Shown: positions 49,358 through 59,273, counted from the first letter of the stretch. The stretch: 64,000 nt of DNA from Candidatus Daviesbacteria bacterium (GCA_016187025.1 JACPKM010000004.1:228887-292886); one strand, 5' to 3'. The notes: generated by a model from the sequence alone, not told the origin. A program made the numbers and translations.

Positions 49358-49849
49358 CTACCTACAACCGCCTTTTTCTACTAAGTCTATATCTGCTCTT
49401 GTGTAGGTGCTATCTTCGGGAAGATTAGGATTTGTGTGCAAAGTACCTGCTAGCAAATCACGTTTTAATTTGTTTCTTAAATCCTTTATTCTACCCCGTC
49501 CATATGCTATTAAGGTAACTTCAACTAAGTCGCCTTGGTCAAACCTTTGCCTATTTCTATCTGCTTGCTCGCCTCTAGAAAGTACACTCGCATACCCTCC
49601 GCTCTCTGTTAAGGCGAGCCTTAACCTTAACTGAGGTTCAATTGATTTTTCTTGACCATTTGCACCGCTGACTATTCGTGCAGGTACGTAAAGTTCATTA
49701 ACTATACAGGCTTTTAAGGGATGACCCATAACATAATTTTGTTCCATTGGTGTGCTGCATGCAGCAAGCAGGACCGTTTCCGCGAAAGCTAATGCTCTAA
49801 AAGTGTTACGAAAAGAAGGTAATCTGCCTGCTAGGCTCTCAGTTCTCAT
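49358..49849 (-). CDS. Hypothetical protein (GC-richer; weak resemblance to RES-type toxin N-terminus only)
   Basis: 163-aa ORF, AGRLPSFRNTFRALAFAETVLL. No confident family assignment. Confidence 0.3.
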   Translation of the reverse strand: MRTESLAGRLPSFRNTFRALAFAETVLLAACSTPMEQNYVMGHPLKACIVNELYVPARIVSGANGQEKSIEPQLRLRLALTESGGYASVLSRGEQADRNRQRFDQGDLVEVTLIAYGRGRIKDLRNKLKRDLLAGTLHTNPNLPEDSTYTRADIDLVEKGGCR

Positions 49850-50011
49850 TTAAGCTGAGTATACAATAGAGCCATGTACAAAACAAACTATAGGGTCTTA
49901 GCGAGTGATCTATTTAGATTTCTAGAGGAGGTCAACATATATAATTCACATGCAGTTTTCTTACTGAAATCTGATTAAATTATAAACTGGTTTGGATAAT
50001 ATACGTTACTT

Positions 50012-50473
50012 ATGAACAAGAAGATAGAGGGTACTTTTTTAAAGATTATTTCTGCTATCGCGCTTTTTATAATCTTTTTTGAGTTTACTATAGTCTTCTT
50101 AACCCCTCAAGCAAATGCTCAGTGTGCAGCAGGTACACCTGCTAATTTAACAGCTACTCCCGGTACCACCCCTGGCACAATGATGCTGAGATGGAATCAG
50201 GCAACCAGTGCCAACCGCTATGCCCTGGTTTTTGGCCATTCCAGTAGAAATTACAATATGGGGTCTTTAAATATAGATGGCGGGTCTGATACAACGTATA
50301 TGGTCACCCATCTTGTTCCAGGAAACAGGTATTTTTTCCAGGTATGGGCATTTTGTGATAACAACGGTCCAGCCACAGCTTCTAATGAAGTTTCTGCTAT
50401 GGTTCCTGGAACTGCTATTACAACAACCTCCACAGGTCCGATTGCTCAAGGACAAACTACAGTAGATCCATAG
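50012..50473 (+). CDS. Secreted protein with fibronectin type III-like domain
   Basis: N-terminal TM/signal (IISAIALFIIFFEFTIVFL...ANAQ), then PANLTATPGTTPGTMMLRWNQ...YMVTHLVPGNRYFFQVWA FN3-like beta pattern. Confidence 0.45.
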   Translation: MNKKIEGTFLKIISAIALFIIFFEFTIVFLTPQANAQCAAGTPANLTATPGTTPGTMMLRWNQATSANRYALVFGHSSRNYNMGSLNIDGGSDTTYMVTHLVPGNRYFFQVWAFCDNNGPATASNEVSAMVPGTAITTTSTGPIAQGQTTVDP

Positions 50474-50483
50474 CACTAAAGTG

Positions 50484-51224
50484 TTAAGGATTGTTTACTA
50501 TACCTACAAGTTTGACTTCAGGTTCTTTCTTGTCAGCATTTACCTCATAAACAGGTAAGCCTGTTGCTAAGTTTTCCAAAGTGGCATTAAGCTGCATATC
50601 TGAATATCTTTTAAACTCTTCAAATTTCAGGCCTTTTATTTGAAAGTTTTTCCATAATTTTTTTGTATACTCTTCATCCCGGGTTTTATCATAAACAAAA
50701 TACATTTGATCGGATTTAGAATCGTAATGGTTAACAGTTTTTTTACTACCAGTTATTACTAATACCCCCTTTTCTTTATGTGATCCTTCAAGTTCCACCA
50801 TGCTGTAGTATTTTCTATCTTCAAGTTTTAGTCTTAAATAAGTTAAAGCGAGTTTTACATCTTGTGGATTAACCTTGTACATCTGGGCTGTTTTAGGATC
50901 TGCAGCTTTGGCTATATGCCCACAGCCTATCGAAGCCAGATCATCAGGGTTGGCATGAGAGTCTGTGTGCATATTAAAAGTAATCCCCATTCTCTCAACA
51001 GCCTCGACTGCCTTATCTACTACCTTACCAATTGTTAATTTTAGCCTTTTTCTTAAAGCAAGAAGAGTCATAATCCCTCTAAAATTTCCTCCTGGACGGG
51101 CAAGCATCCCAGAGTATTTAGCAGGATATCTTCCATCCACACATATAAATCCCGTTTTAGAAGGGACAGTGTTTTGCCTAACATAGTCTATAACCTCATT
51201 AATATTAAAGTTCACCTTTGTCAT
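50484..51224 (-). CDS. Hypothetical protein with CxDxR and CGH motifs
   Basis: 246-aa ORF. FICVDGRYP and HTDSHANPDDLASIGCGH could form a metal site. No family assigned. Confidence 0.3.
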   Translation of the reverse strand: MTKVNFNINEVIDYVRQNTVPSKTGFICVDGRYPAKYSGMLARPGGNFRGIMTLLALRKRLKLTIGKVVDKAVEAVERMGITFNMHTDSHANPDDLASIGCGHIAKAADPKTAQMYKVNPQDVKLALTYLRLKLEDRKYYSMVELEGSHKEKGVLVITGSKKTVNHYDSKSDQMYFVYDKTRDEEYTKKLWKNFQIKGLKFEEFKRYSDMQLNATLENLATGLPVYEVNADKKEPEVKLVGIVNNP

Positions 51225-51330
51225 AATCTAATATTATATACCAGATTACAAGTTGACTTATAGTGACAAAATACAATATATGGTGGTAGAATACCTACTT
51301 GCACAACAAGTGCTTTTTTATTGGATAAAT

Positions 51331-52086
51331 ATGTCTGGTGAACATACAGCGAAAACAGAGATGCTACGAGCGATAAGCTGGGCAGAAACAGGGGGAAATG
51401 ATCCATTAAGAGGTCTAGGAACCTTTCAAAGAAGATTCGATTCTCTACCGGATAGAGGTAGGGCATTCTCTTTACAAGATCAAATTCTGCGATGTATCGA
51501 CGAAGGTACTGTGGGAGGTGTACATTTAGCAGGTTCGGGGTTGTTTTATCGGGATAAGATCGGATCAGATTTTAGAGGTAGAGTCCATGGAGTATATAGC
51601 CACGAAGGTTGTGGGGCAGCCAAGCTTTTTGCCCAAACACATGGCATTCAAGTAGAGAATACAGACGGAGTTGGAGACCAAGAAGCAAAAGAAATAGCTG
51701 GAATTTTACAAGTGCCCTATCTTGGGAGAATTCCAGCTGAAGGAATGATGAGACCTAGAGAAATTCATGTTGCAAGGGCAGTTTACTATGTAGGAAGCAG
51801 AGAATTTGACCCAGCAGCAATCAATCTTCCTCCTGGATTTGTCATTAACAGGGAGATGATATCTGATGCCAGCTATGCACTCGCAGAAGTAGAGTTAGCA
51901 ACTCAGATCGCTCAAGGGGAACATGGTTTCGGAGATAGCTTTACCGGAGAAACCCCACTTTTTATAGTAGCAGTTTCTGATAGAAAGACACACTCAGTTC
52001 CTTTAGAAAGATTGGCGGAAGAATTAACTGATTTATCTAAGAGGCTTCGTGCAGTAGAGTTAGATACTATACAGTTTTCAGCTTAG
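51331..52086 (+). CDS. Hypothetical protein (GC-richer) with HEGCG motif
   Basis: Start set at ATG 51331 (listed ORF 51253 overlaps divergent neighbour). YSHEGCGAAKLF motif. No family assigned. Confidence 0.3.
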   Translation: MSGEHTAKTEMLRAISWAETGGNDPLRGLGTFQRRFDSLPDRGRAFSLQDQILRCIDEGTVGGVHLAGSGLFYRDKIGSDFRGRVHGVYSHEGCGAAKLFAQTHGIQVENTDGVGDQEAKEIAGILQVPYLGRIPAEGMMRPREIHVARAVYYVGSREFDPAAINLPPGFVINREMISDASYALAEVELATQIAQGEHGFGDSFTGETPLFIVAVSDRKTHSVPLERLAEELTDLSKRLRAVELDTIQFSA

Positions 52087-52633
52087 TTTTCAATACATCT
52101 ATTATTTCTGGAAATTCTCTTTTTACTCTGGGGTAGCCAAAATGTCCTTGATCCTTAAACTCATAATACTGTGTAGTTAGCTTTTCATGAATATACCTTG
52201 CTTCTTCTATTGGTATGAATGGATCATCAGCTGAATGAAATTGCACAATCCATTTTTGGTTATGTTTAATTTTTTTCCAATTCCAAACTTTATCATAATA
52301 TCCACTAATTTTTTCTGACTTCAATCCTAAATCTGTATAGCATGCTGATACTAAGATAGACCCTAAGATTTGATGTTTTTCAGCATATCTCAAAGCAGCT
52401 ACTGCCCCTGATGAATGGCCTATCAATATAGTATTCTCATCAGCTTCAAGCTTTTTTAAAAAAGGTAACCAATATTTTGCCCGGGCCTTTATTGGATCAG
52501 GAAAATTTTGGGAAATAACTTGCAAATTTAGTTTTTCTAATTTTCTTTTTAAATACGGGAACCATCCTTTGGGATCATTTACATCTCCCCCACCGTTTCC
52601 GTGGACAAATATAACCTTAATAAACTTGCTCAT
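52067..52633 (-). CDS. YdeN/RBBP9-like serine hydrolase (alpha/beta fold)
   Basis: IFVHGNGGG..., nucleophile elbow LIGHSSGAV, ...FHSADDPFIP...GHF (Ser-Asp-His spacing typical of the PF06821 family). 188 aa. Confidence 0.55.
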   Translation of the reverse strand: MSKFIKVIFVHGNGGGDVNDPKGWFPYLKRKLEKLNLQVISQNFPDPIKARAKYWLPFLKKLEADENTILIGHSSGAVAALRYAEKHQILGSILVSACYTDLGLKSEKISGYYDKVWNWKKIKHNQKWIVQFHSADDPFIPIEEARYIHEKLTTQYYEFKDQGHFGYPRVKREFPEIIDVLKTKLKTV

Positions 52634-53102
52634 CTATAAAATATTCCAAATCTTCTCTTATGCCCCGGTGATCAATCAAGTCTAGCGCAGCATCAGGCGT
52701 GACCCATTTATATTCTGTATGCTCATCAGAAAGGGTAACATTATCATCGCTGCCTTCAATTTTTGCCCAATAAACTACCCCAACCACCTCATTATCTGCA
52801 TCCTTCTCGCCCCTCATAAAAGAAAATACCTTAAGTGGTTTGATAATCTCTATCTCCAACCGTGTTTCTTCCCGGACTTCCCTTTTTAAGCCTTCAACTG
52901 GGTTTTCAAACTGTTTAATTCTCCCCATTGGATACTCCCAAATCTCAGGTTTATAGTCGTTGTCGTTTGATCTTTTAACCAAAAGTATTTGACCTAGCTC
53001 ATTTTCTATAATTGCACCCATTGCAACCATAAATCTTCCTTCGTCTACATTTGACATGTCGTAATTTTCCCATCTTGTAGGTATAATATCAACTATGAGC
53101 AC
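52617..53102 (-). CDS. Nudix hydrolase
   Basis: Nudix box GRIKQFENPVEGLKREVREETRLEI. Confidence 0.65.
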   Translation of the reverse strand: MLIVDIIPTRWENYDMSNVDEGRFMVAMGAIIENELGQILLVKRSNDNDYKPEIWEYPMGRIKQFENPVEGLKREVREETRLEIEIIKPLKVFSFMRGEKDADNEVVGVVYWAKIEGSDDNVTLSDEHTEYKWVTPDAALDLIDHRGIREDLEYFIDEQVY

Positions 53103-53505
53103 TCTTCAGCTAAAAATAGTGACTCCAGAAAAAGAGGTATTTAGTGATTTAGTCAATCAAGTGAGCCTTCCTTCTTCTGAGGGTGAGCTTGGGATACTTC
53201 CCCACCATGCTGCATTGATGGCAAAGCTTGTTCCAGGTGAGTTAAAGATAAAAAGAGGAGATAAAACAGATGTCCTAGCTGTTGGCGGAGGCTTTTTGCA
53301 GATGGCGGACAATACTTTGACTATTATGACTGATCTGGCTGTTGAGGAAAAAGACATAGATGAAGAGGTGGTGGAAGAAGCTAAGAAACGTGCCGAACAA
53401 GCTTTAGAGCAGACATTATCTGCTGAGGAATATGCAGAAACTTTGGCTATCCTAGAAAAATCCCTTGCTCAGCTAAAGATAAAAAGAAGGCACCGTGTCA
53501 GATAA
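53095..53505 (+). CDS. atpC: ATP synthase F1 subunit epsilon (separated from atpD by ~6.8 kb)
   Basis: LKIVTPEKEVFSDLVNQVSLPSSEGELGILPHHAALMAKLVPGELKIK canonical epsilon N-terminal beta-sandwich, C-terminal helical hairpin. Confidence 0.85.
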   Translation: MSTLQLKIVTPEKEVFSDLVNQVSLPSSEGELGILPHHAALMAKLVPGELKIKRGDKTDVLAVGGGFLQMADNTLTIMTDLAVEEKDIDEEVVEEAKKRAEQALEQTLSAEEYAETLAILEKSLAQLKIKRRHRVR

Positions 53506-53761
53506 ATTATTACTTGACTTGTCTAATATATTGTAGCCATAATAATATTAATGGCTAAAAAAGATTATCACTCCGGATCCTTGTCAGTAACAATTAACCA
53601 ATTGCTCGGAAAAATAGAATTTAGGAAAAGTAGTTACTTTGCTTTTGCTGCATCGTTTCTTCTTACATTTATGGCAGTAGTTTTATCCCGCCTTATCCAT
53701 TAACTTTTTTTACTTCCTGAATTATTAGCTTGCTTTCTTGTTTTGCGTGTGTAATTAGAAG

Positions 53762-53791
53762 TTGGATCGTGGGGACAAATTTAGGTATAAT
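53762..53791 (+). promoter_or_regulatory. Promoter candidate for tRNA-Tyr (TTGGAT-18-TATAAT)
   Basis: TATAAT at 53786-53791, TTGGAT at 53762-53767. tRNA 5' end 14 nt downstream. Confidence 0.4.
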
Positions 53792-53804
53792 ATTTAGGTT
53801 GTAA

Positions 53805-53886
53805 CCGGAGGTGGCAGAGTAGTCAATTGCACCAGACTGTAAATCTGGCGGGTTTCCCTTCGAAGGTGCGAATCCTTCCCTCCGGA
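53805..53886 (+). tRNA. tRNA-Tyr (anticodon GTA), long variable arm, CCA not encoded
   Basis: Hand-folded: acceptor CCGGAGG/CCTCCGG, D-stem GCAG/TTGC, anticodon stem CCAGA/TCTGG with loop CTGTAAA (GTA), 13-nt variable arm, T-stem GAAGG/CCTTC with unusual T-loop TGCGAAT, discriminator A. Confidence 0.7.
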
Positions 53887-53913
53887 CACCGGATTAGTTA
53901 TAATCTATTAATT

Positions 53914-56475
53914 ATGGTACAACATTCCTGGAAAGCCAGGAAAGAGTTTTCAAGAGTTTGGAAGTTTAAATTCCTCTCTAATCTTTCCACCAGTCTTTTA
54001 ATAGTAATCCTTGTTGGGATATTAAGCTTTTTTGGAATTATTGTATTTTTTGCTACCCAAATTCCTTCTCCTGATAATCTGTCAAGCAGATCTGTTGCCA
54101 AAGCAACCAAAATCTTTGATAAAGATGGAGAGCTTTTATACGATATTTACCAAGACGAAAACCGTACACCTATCAAACTTGATGAAATTCCAGATTATGT
54201 TACAGAGGCAACAATTGCCATTGAAGATAAAGACTTTTATAAACATCCTGGTTTTTCCATTGTTGGTATAGCCAGAGCTTCTTTTGACTCGCTTTTGAAC
54301 AGGAGAATAGAAGGCGGAGGTTCTACGCTAACCCAGCAGCTAGTTAAAAACGCCCTGCTTTCCGGAGAAAGAACATTAACCCGTAAGCTAAAAGAGTTTA
54401 TTTTGGCAATTCAGGTTGAAAGAGCTTATTCTAAGGACCAGATATTGGAAATGTATTTAAATGAGATTGCGTATGGTGGAACAGCCTATGGAATAGAAGC
54501 TGCAGCTAATTTATATTTTGGCAAAAGTGCAAAAGATTTAAATTTGGCAGAAGCTGCACTTTTGGCAGGTTTACCACAAAGGCCGTCTGTTTACTCCCCG
54601 TATGGGACAAAACCAGAACTTTCCCGTGTCAGGCAAAAAGAGGTGTTAAGAAGAATGGCTGAGGACGGATATATTTCCCATGCGCAAGCAGATGAGGCAG
54701 CAAAACAAGATTTGTCTTATAGAACCTCTCAGAGTGAACAGGGTTTTAAAGCGCCCCACTTTGTTTTATATGTTAAACAAAAATTAATTGAGCAGTTTGG
54801 AGATAAACTGGTTGAACAGGGAGGTTTAAGGGTAACAACAACCCTTGATTTTAAGCTTCAAGAAAAGGTTCAAGAAATTGTCAAAGAAGAAATTGAAAAA
54901 ATAAAAAGTAATAAAGTGGGAAATGGTGCAGCTGTGGTAATGGATGCAAAAACAGGACAGATTTTGGCGATGGTAGGTAGTAAAGATTATTTTGGCGAGT
55001 CTGAACCTGAAGAATGTGTTGAGGGTTTGTCCTGTGTTTTTGAACCTAATGTTAATGCAGCTATTTCTTTAAGGCAGCCAGGATCTGCCACCAAGCCTAT
55101 TACCTATGCTAAGTCTTTTGAAAAGGGATATACCGCAAACTCCACTATTTTGGATGTTAAAACAGAATTTCCCGGAGGAGCAGATAACCCTAACTATATT
55201 CCGGTAAACTATGATGGCCAGTATCATGGTCCTGTTCAGGTAAGGTACGCCTTGGGAAACTCATATAATATTCCAGCTGTCAAAATGCTTGCTTTGGTAG
55301 GAGTAAAAGATGTCATGGATTTGGCATATAGAATGGGAGTGAGTTCCTGGGAGCCATCAACAGAAAATGTGAACTCGGTTGGACTCAGTTTGACATTAGG
55401 AGGAAGAGAGTTAAGACTTTTGGATTTGGTTTCTGCTTATAGTGTTTTTGCAAGTAAAGGTGAACAGCATGATCCGATATCTATACTCAAAGTAACAGAC
55501 CACACAGGTAAGGTTTTATTTGAATATAAACCAACTGAGGGAAGAAAGGTGCTAGATTCAGGTATAGCCTACATCATCTCTGATATTTTATCAGATAACG
55601 GTGCAAGAACTGCAGCTTTTGGCTCCAACTCTATTTTAAATATTCCCGGAAAAACAGTAGCAGTCAAAACTGGTACTACTGATGAAAAAAGAGATAATTG
55701 GACAGTAGGATATACCCCGTCTATTGTAGTGGGTGTTTGGGTTGGTAACAATGATAATACCCCACTCGATCCAAAAATTGCCTCAGGTGTAACTGGTGCT
55801 TCCCCTATCTGGAATAAAGTCATCAGGGAGGCAATAAAAGACAAACCTAATGAAAGTTTTGAAAAGCCCTCGCATGTAGCGCAAGTTGAGGTGGATGGAC
55901 TGATGCCAGGAAAACCCCATGGCGGCTCTCCGACCAGGAAAGAATATTTCATTGGTGGTACAGAACCAAATAGTGAATCATCTGCATATCAGCGGGTAAA
56001 AGTCTGTAGGAGTAATCCTCACAGACTGGCAAATGATGGTGAAGAGGCTGATGATAAAGATACGGTAGTTTTAAAAGAAGATGACCCAACAGGTGCTAAT
56101 AAATGGCAAAAAGGGATTGATGATTGGGTTTTGACTGCTACTGATGCCAGGTTGGTTGGTGCTACAAAAGGATGCTCTGGTATTCCTGGATTTAGTGCAG
56201 GGACAGGTGGAGCTATAGAAATAGTAAATGTGGGAAATGGGGCAAATGTACCAAGAGTGTTTGATGTTTTAGCAAAAACCAATTCTCCAGCTGGTGTTAA
56301 AAAGGTTACTTGGAGTGTTGATGGAGCTCAGAAGTCCACTCAAACCTCAGAACCATTTGCTCTGCATGTGGAGTTTCCACCAGGAGATAAAGGTTCGCAC
56401 ACAATTACTGTGACACTTGAGGATAATAATGGAGCCCAACACTCAACCTCAATTGGAGTAACAGCCTCTCTTTAA
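53914..56475 (+). CDS. Class A penicillin-binding protein (bifunctional glycosyltransferase/transpeptidase, PBP1A-like) with extra C-terminal domain
   Basis: N-terminal TM anchor, GT51 motifs (EDKDFYKHPGF, GGSTLTQQLVKN, RKLKEFILAIQVE), transpeptidase SATKP (Ser-x-x-Lys), SYN, KTGTT. ~200-aa C-terminal extension. Start set at ATG 53914 because the longer ORF overlaps the tRNA. Confidence 0.85.
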   Translation: MVQHSWKARKEFSRVWKFKFLSNLSTSLLIVILVGILSFFGIIVFFATQIPSPDNLSSRSVAKATKIFDKDGELLYDIYQDENRTPIKLDEIPDYVTEATIAIEDKDFYKHPGFSIVGIARASFDSLLNRRIEGGGSTLTQQLVKNALLSGERTLTRKLKEFILAIQVERAYSKDQILEMYLNEIAYGGTAYGIEAAANLYFGKSAKDLNLAEAALLAGLPQRPSVYSPYGTKPELSRVRQKEVLRRMAEDGYISHAQADEAAKQDLSYRTSQSEQGFKAPHFVLYVKQKLIEQFGDKLVEQGGLRVTTTLDFKLQEKVQEIVKEEIEKIKSNKVGNGAAVVMDAKTGQILAMVGSKDYFGESEPEECVEGLSCVFEPNVNAAISLRQPGSATKPITYAKSFEKGYTANSTILDVKTEFPGGADNPNYIPVNYDGQYHGPVQVRYALGNSYNIPAVKMLALVGVKDVMDLAYRMGVSSWEPSTENVNSVGLSLTLGGRELRLLDLVSAYSVFASKGEQHDPISILKVTDHTGKVLFEYKPTEGRKVLDSGIAYIISDILSDNGARTAAFGSNSILNIPGKTVAVKTGTTDEKRDNWTVGYTPSIVVGVWVGNNDNTPLDPKIASGVTGASPIWNKVIREAIKDKPNESFEKPSHVAQVEVDGLMPGKPHGGSPTRKEYFIGGTEPNSESSAYQRVKVCRSNPHRLANDGEEADDKDTVVLKEDDPTGANKWQKGIDDWVLTATDARLVGATKGCSGIPGFSAGTGGAIEIVNVGNGANVPRVFDVLAKTNSPAGVKKVTWSVDGAQKSTQTSEPFALHVEFPPGDKGSHTITVTLEDNNGAQHSTSIGVTASL

Positions 56476-58169
56476 GAAAAAGCAGTTAAGTCTATTTCTA
56501 ACATTGCCACTCTTTTGTCTATCCCCATTTTATTTAAGAATCTGGGATGGACTTCGGCTAAAAAACCTATTTGCTTACTGTGTTTTTCAACAGAGGCAAA
56601 TCTTTTAGGGTGAAACGTATTTGTATTTACAGAAGCCTCTTTTAGTTCAGATTCTGAAATGAGTTTAGAATTAAGCAGTATGGAGATCAACTCTTCTATC
56701 GGATTATCAGATCCGTTCATTAAAGCAACACTTAATCTATAGCCTTCATTTGGCAAATCACCCAGTTTAGGGGAATACACCTTGCCTATTTCAAAAATGG
56801 CTATATCTTTAAAGCCTTGTCTTGTATTCCTATCAATTACTTCCAGTAAATTAGGCCAAATACTTTCTCTTAAATACTCGGTTTCCAAAGACATGGGATT
56901 AGCAATCCGGATAAGCTTACTTTTATCCTGGTCTGGGTTATTTAAAACTCTGGTTGAATAAAAAGAATAGGTTTGTATTTCTGTTAGGCCTAAGTTTACG
57001 AGGGTATCTTTTACGATTTTTATTTGGTTAAATAGTTTTTGAGTCGTTTGAAGTTTGTAGTTACCGGATAAGGCTTTTGCCGGAATTTTTTCATAACCAT
57101 AAAGCCTGGCTACCTCTTCTATTAAATCTTCTTCAATGTTTATATCTAACCTCCAGTATGGCACTGTTACATCCCAAACTACATTCCCACTTACGATGTG
57201 GGAATGTAGTTTAAAGTATAGCCTTGATAGATACTTCTCAACTTGTTTTTCATCAAAGTTTATCCCCACTAAGGCATTTAATTTATCTAAAGAAAGATTA
57301 ATTACCCTTTGCTGATTTTCAAAGTTATCAACAATGGATATAGCAGTTAACTTCCCGTCTAGCTCCCGATAAATCCTGATAGCTGCATTTAAAGCTTGCA
57401 GCAGCCTGAGTTTAGTTAAACCATGCTGAAATCTTTTACCGGCCTCAGATGGTAAGCCTAAACTGGTTACAGTTTGCCTTAAGTTGATAGGATCAAAAAT
57501 TGCCGCTTCAAGCAGAATTGTTGATGTGTCTGCTGTTACTTCACTATTTTGTCCTCCCATAACTCCGGCCAACCCCAGAGCTTTTTTAGAATCAGCGATT
57601 AGGAGGTCGTTTTTGGATAACTTTCTTTTTTTACCATCCAAAGTCACAAGCTCTTCACCATTTTTTGCAGTCCTGACAATGATCTCTTCATTTTCTACCT
57701 CCTTGGCATCGAATGCATGTAGAGGCTGACCGTATTCCAGCATCACCAGATTGGTAATATCTGCAATATTGTTTACAGATCTCATTCCACTATCTTCTAA
57801 TTTTTTTACCCACTCTGCCGGGGATTTTTCTACCTTTAACCCTTCTATTTTGGCAATGCAATAAAACGGGCAAAGCTTTGAATCTAAAACGTCAACCGGT
57901 ACTTGTGGTAAGCTTTCCTGATTCCAGACGAATTTAGCCTCCTGTAGCTCGCTAAACAAGGTGTTTGAGCCTAAAGTAGCACCTACCTCATAAGCCACGC
58001 CCCTTAAGGATAAGAGGTCTGCCCGGTTATAACCTTTCATGTCCAACTCAATATAGTTTTGGGTAGCTTCTTTTAAACCAATAGTCCTAAGAGGTAATAA
58101 ACGGATAAGTTCTTCAATGGGAACTTTCAGGTCAACTAATTCTTTTAGCCAGTCTATCGATATTTTCAT
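56472..58169 (-). CDS. pheT: Phenylalanyl-tRNA synthetase beta subunit, short form lacking N-terminal tRNA-binding domain
   Basis: Starts like bacterial PheT (MKISIDWLKELV...) but jumps after ~40 aa to the B3/4-like region (NRADLLSLRGVAYEV). 565 aa vs ~790 typical. Follows pheS. Confidence 0.8.
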   Translation of the reverse strand: MKISIDWLKELVDLKVPIEELIRLLPLRTIGLKEATQNYIELDMKGYNRADLLSLRGVAYEVGATLGSNTLFSELQEAKFVWNQESLPQVPVDVLDSKLCPFYCIAKIEGLKVEKSPAEWVKKLEDSGMRSVNNIADITNLVMLEYGQPLHAFDAKEVENEEIIVRTAKNGEELVTLDGKKRKLSKNDLLIADSKKALGLAGVMGGQNSEVTADTSTILLEAAIFDPINLRQTVTSLGLPSEAGKRFQHGLTKLRLLQALNAAIRIYRELDGKLTAISIVDNFENQQRVINLSLDKLNALVGINFDEKQVEKYLSRLYFKLHSHIVSGNVVWDVTVPYWRLDINIEEDLIEEVARLYGYEKIPAKALSGNYKLQTTQKLFNQIKIVKDTLVNLGLTEIQTYSFYSTRVLNNPDQDKSKLIRIANPMSLETEYLRESIWPNLLEVIDRNTRQGFKDIAIFEIGKVYSPKLGDLPNEGYRLSVALMNGSDNPIEELISILLNSKLISESELKEASVNTNTFHPKRFASVEKHSKQIGFLAEVHPRFLNKMGIDKRVAMLEIDLTAFS

Positions 58170-58173
58170 AATA

Positions 58174-59220
58174 TTAATACTTCTCCAAAAACTTTAAGTC
58201 TCCGCTTTTAAACAAACGGATATCTTCAACCCCGTACTTTAACATGGCCATTCTTTCAGGTCCTACTCCCCAGGCAATGCCTGAATATTCATTTGGGTCT
58301 ATTCCCCCATTTTTTAAAACCTGCGGATGAATCATGCCTGCGCCTGCCAGTTCCAGCCAACCTGTGCCACCGCAAACATTACAACCCTTTCCTTTGCAGA
58401 AAATGCAAAGACCGTCTACCCCTGCACCCGGCTCTACAAAAGGATAATATTTTGGCCGCAGTCTGGCTTTGATGTCTTTTCCTAAAATACCCTGGAAAAA
58501 GTACTCTGAAAGGTATTGCAAATTAGCCATACTAACGCCTTTATCTATATATACAATCTCAAATTGTTCCAAAGTATGTTCGTGTCTGGCATCTAAATTT
58601 TCATATCTAAAACAGCGGTCAAAAATCATAACTCTCATAGGGGGTTTTAATTGCCTCATTGCTCTGATTTGGCCATTTGAAGTATGAGTTCTAAGCAGTA
58701 GTTTCCCAGGCTGGATGCCGTATTTTTCAGAGTCTATATATAAAGTATCCCAAAGATCTCGGGCCGGGTGCCCTTCAGGGATATTTAAAAGTTCAAAGTT
58801 ATATTCATCAGTGTCAATATGAGGAGCATCAAATCTTTCAAAACCTAACTTGGAAAATAGCTCTATAGTTTCATTTAAAAGCTGAGTTGTGGGATGTAAA
58901 TGGCCTTGGCGTTTTTTAGCCTGCAACCTTCCAGGTTGACGCACAAACTTTTCATTTTCTAAAGATTTGTATATTTCTTCTTTAACTTCTTCTCGCTTTC
59001 TCTGGATGGCTTTTTCCAGCTCCTGCTTTATTTGGTTAAATAACGGGCTGACAACTCTTAGTTTATCTGGGGATAAGTTCTTGAACTCCTTGGGTAGTTG
59101 GTCCAACTTTCCATTTTTCCCAAAAAGCTCCAAGAAAATCCCATCAAGTTCCTTTAAGCTTTTGGCCTGATCTATTTTTTCTTTATAGTCCTGTTGGATA
59201 TTTTTAATCTTATCTTCCAC
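58174..59220 (-). CDS. pheS: Phenylalanyl-tRNA synthetase alpha subunit
   Basis: Class II motifs: FDAPHID..., RCFRYENLDARHEHTLEQFE (motif 2), GAGMIHPQVL... (motif 3). Confidence 0.9.
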   Translation of the reverse strand: MEDKIKNIQQDYKEKIDQAKSLKELDGIFLELFGKNGKLDQLPKEFKNLSPDKLRVVSPLFNQIKQELEKAIQRKREEVKEEIYKSLENEKFVRQPGRLQAKKRQGHLHPTTQLLNETIELFSKLGFERFDAPHIDTDEYNFELLNIPEGHPARDLWDTLYIDSEKYGIQPGKLLLRTHTSNGQIRAMRQLKPPMRVMIFDRCFRYENLDARHEHTLEQFEIVYIDKGVSMANLQYLSEYFFQGILGKDIKARLRPKYYPFVEPGAGVDGLCIFCKGKGCNVCGGTGWLELAGAGMIHPQVLKNGGIDPNEYSGIAWGVGPERMAMLKYGVEDIRLFKSGDLKFLEKY

Positions 59221-59273
59221 AAATTTGATTCTAGCATAAGAGGGAAGGTTTGGACTAGGCTGGAAGTTTAAGT

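Noticed and set aside
53506-53560. Possible intrinsic terminator after atpC (AGCCAT...ATGGCT stem)
   Set aside because: Stem is followed by an A-run rather than a T-run on the + strand, so it does not fit a canonical Rho-independent terminator for atpC.
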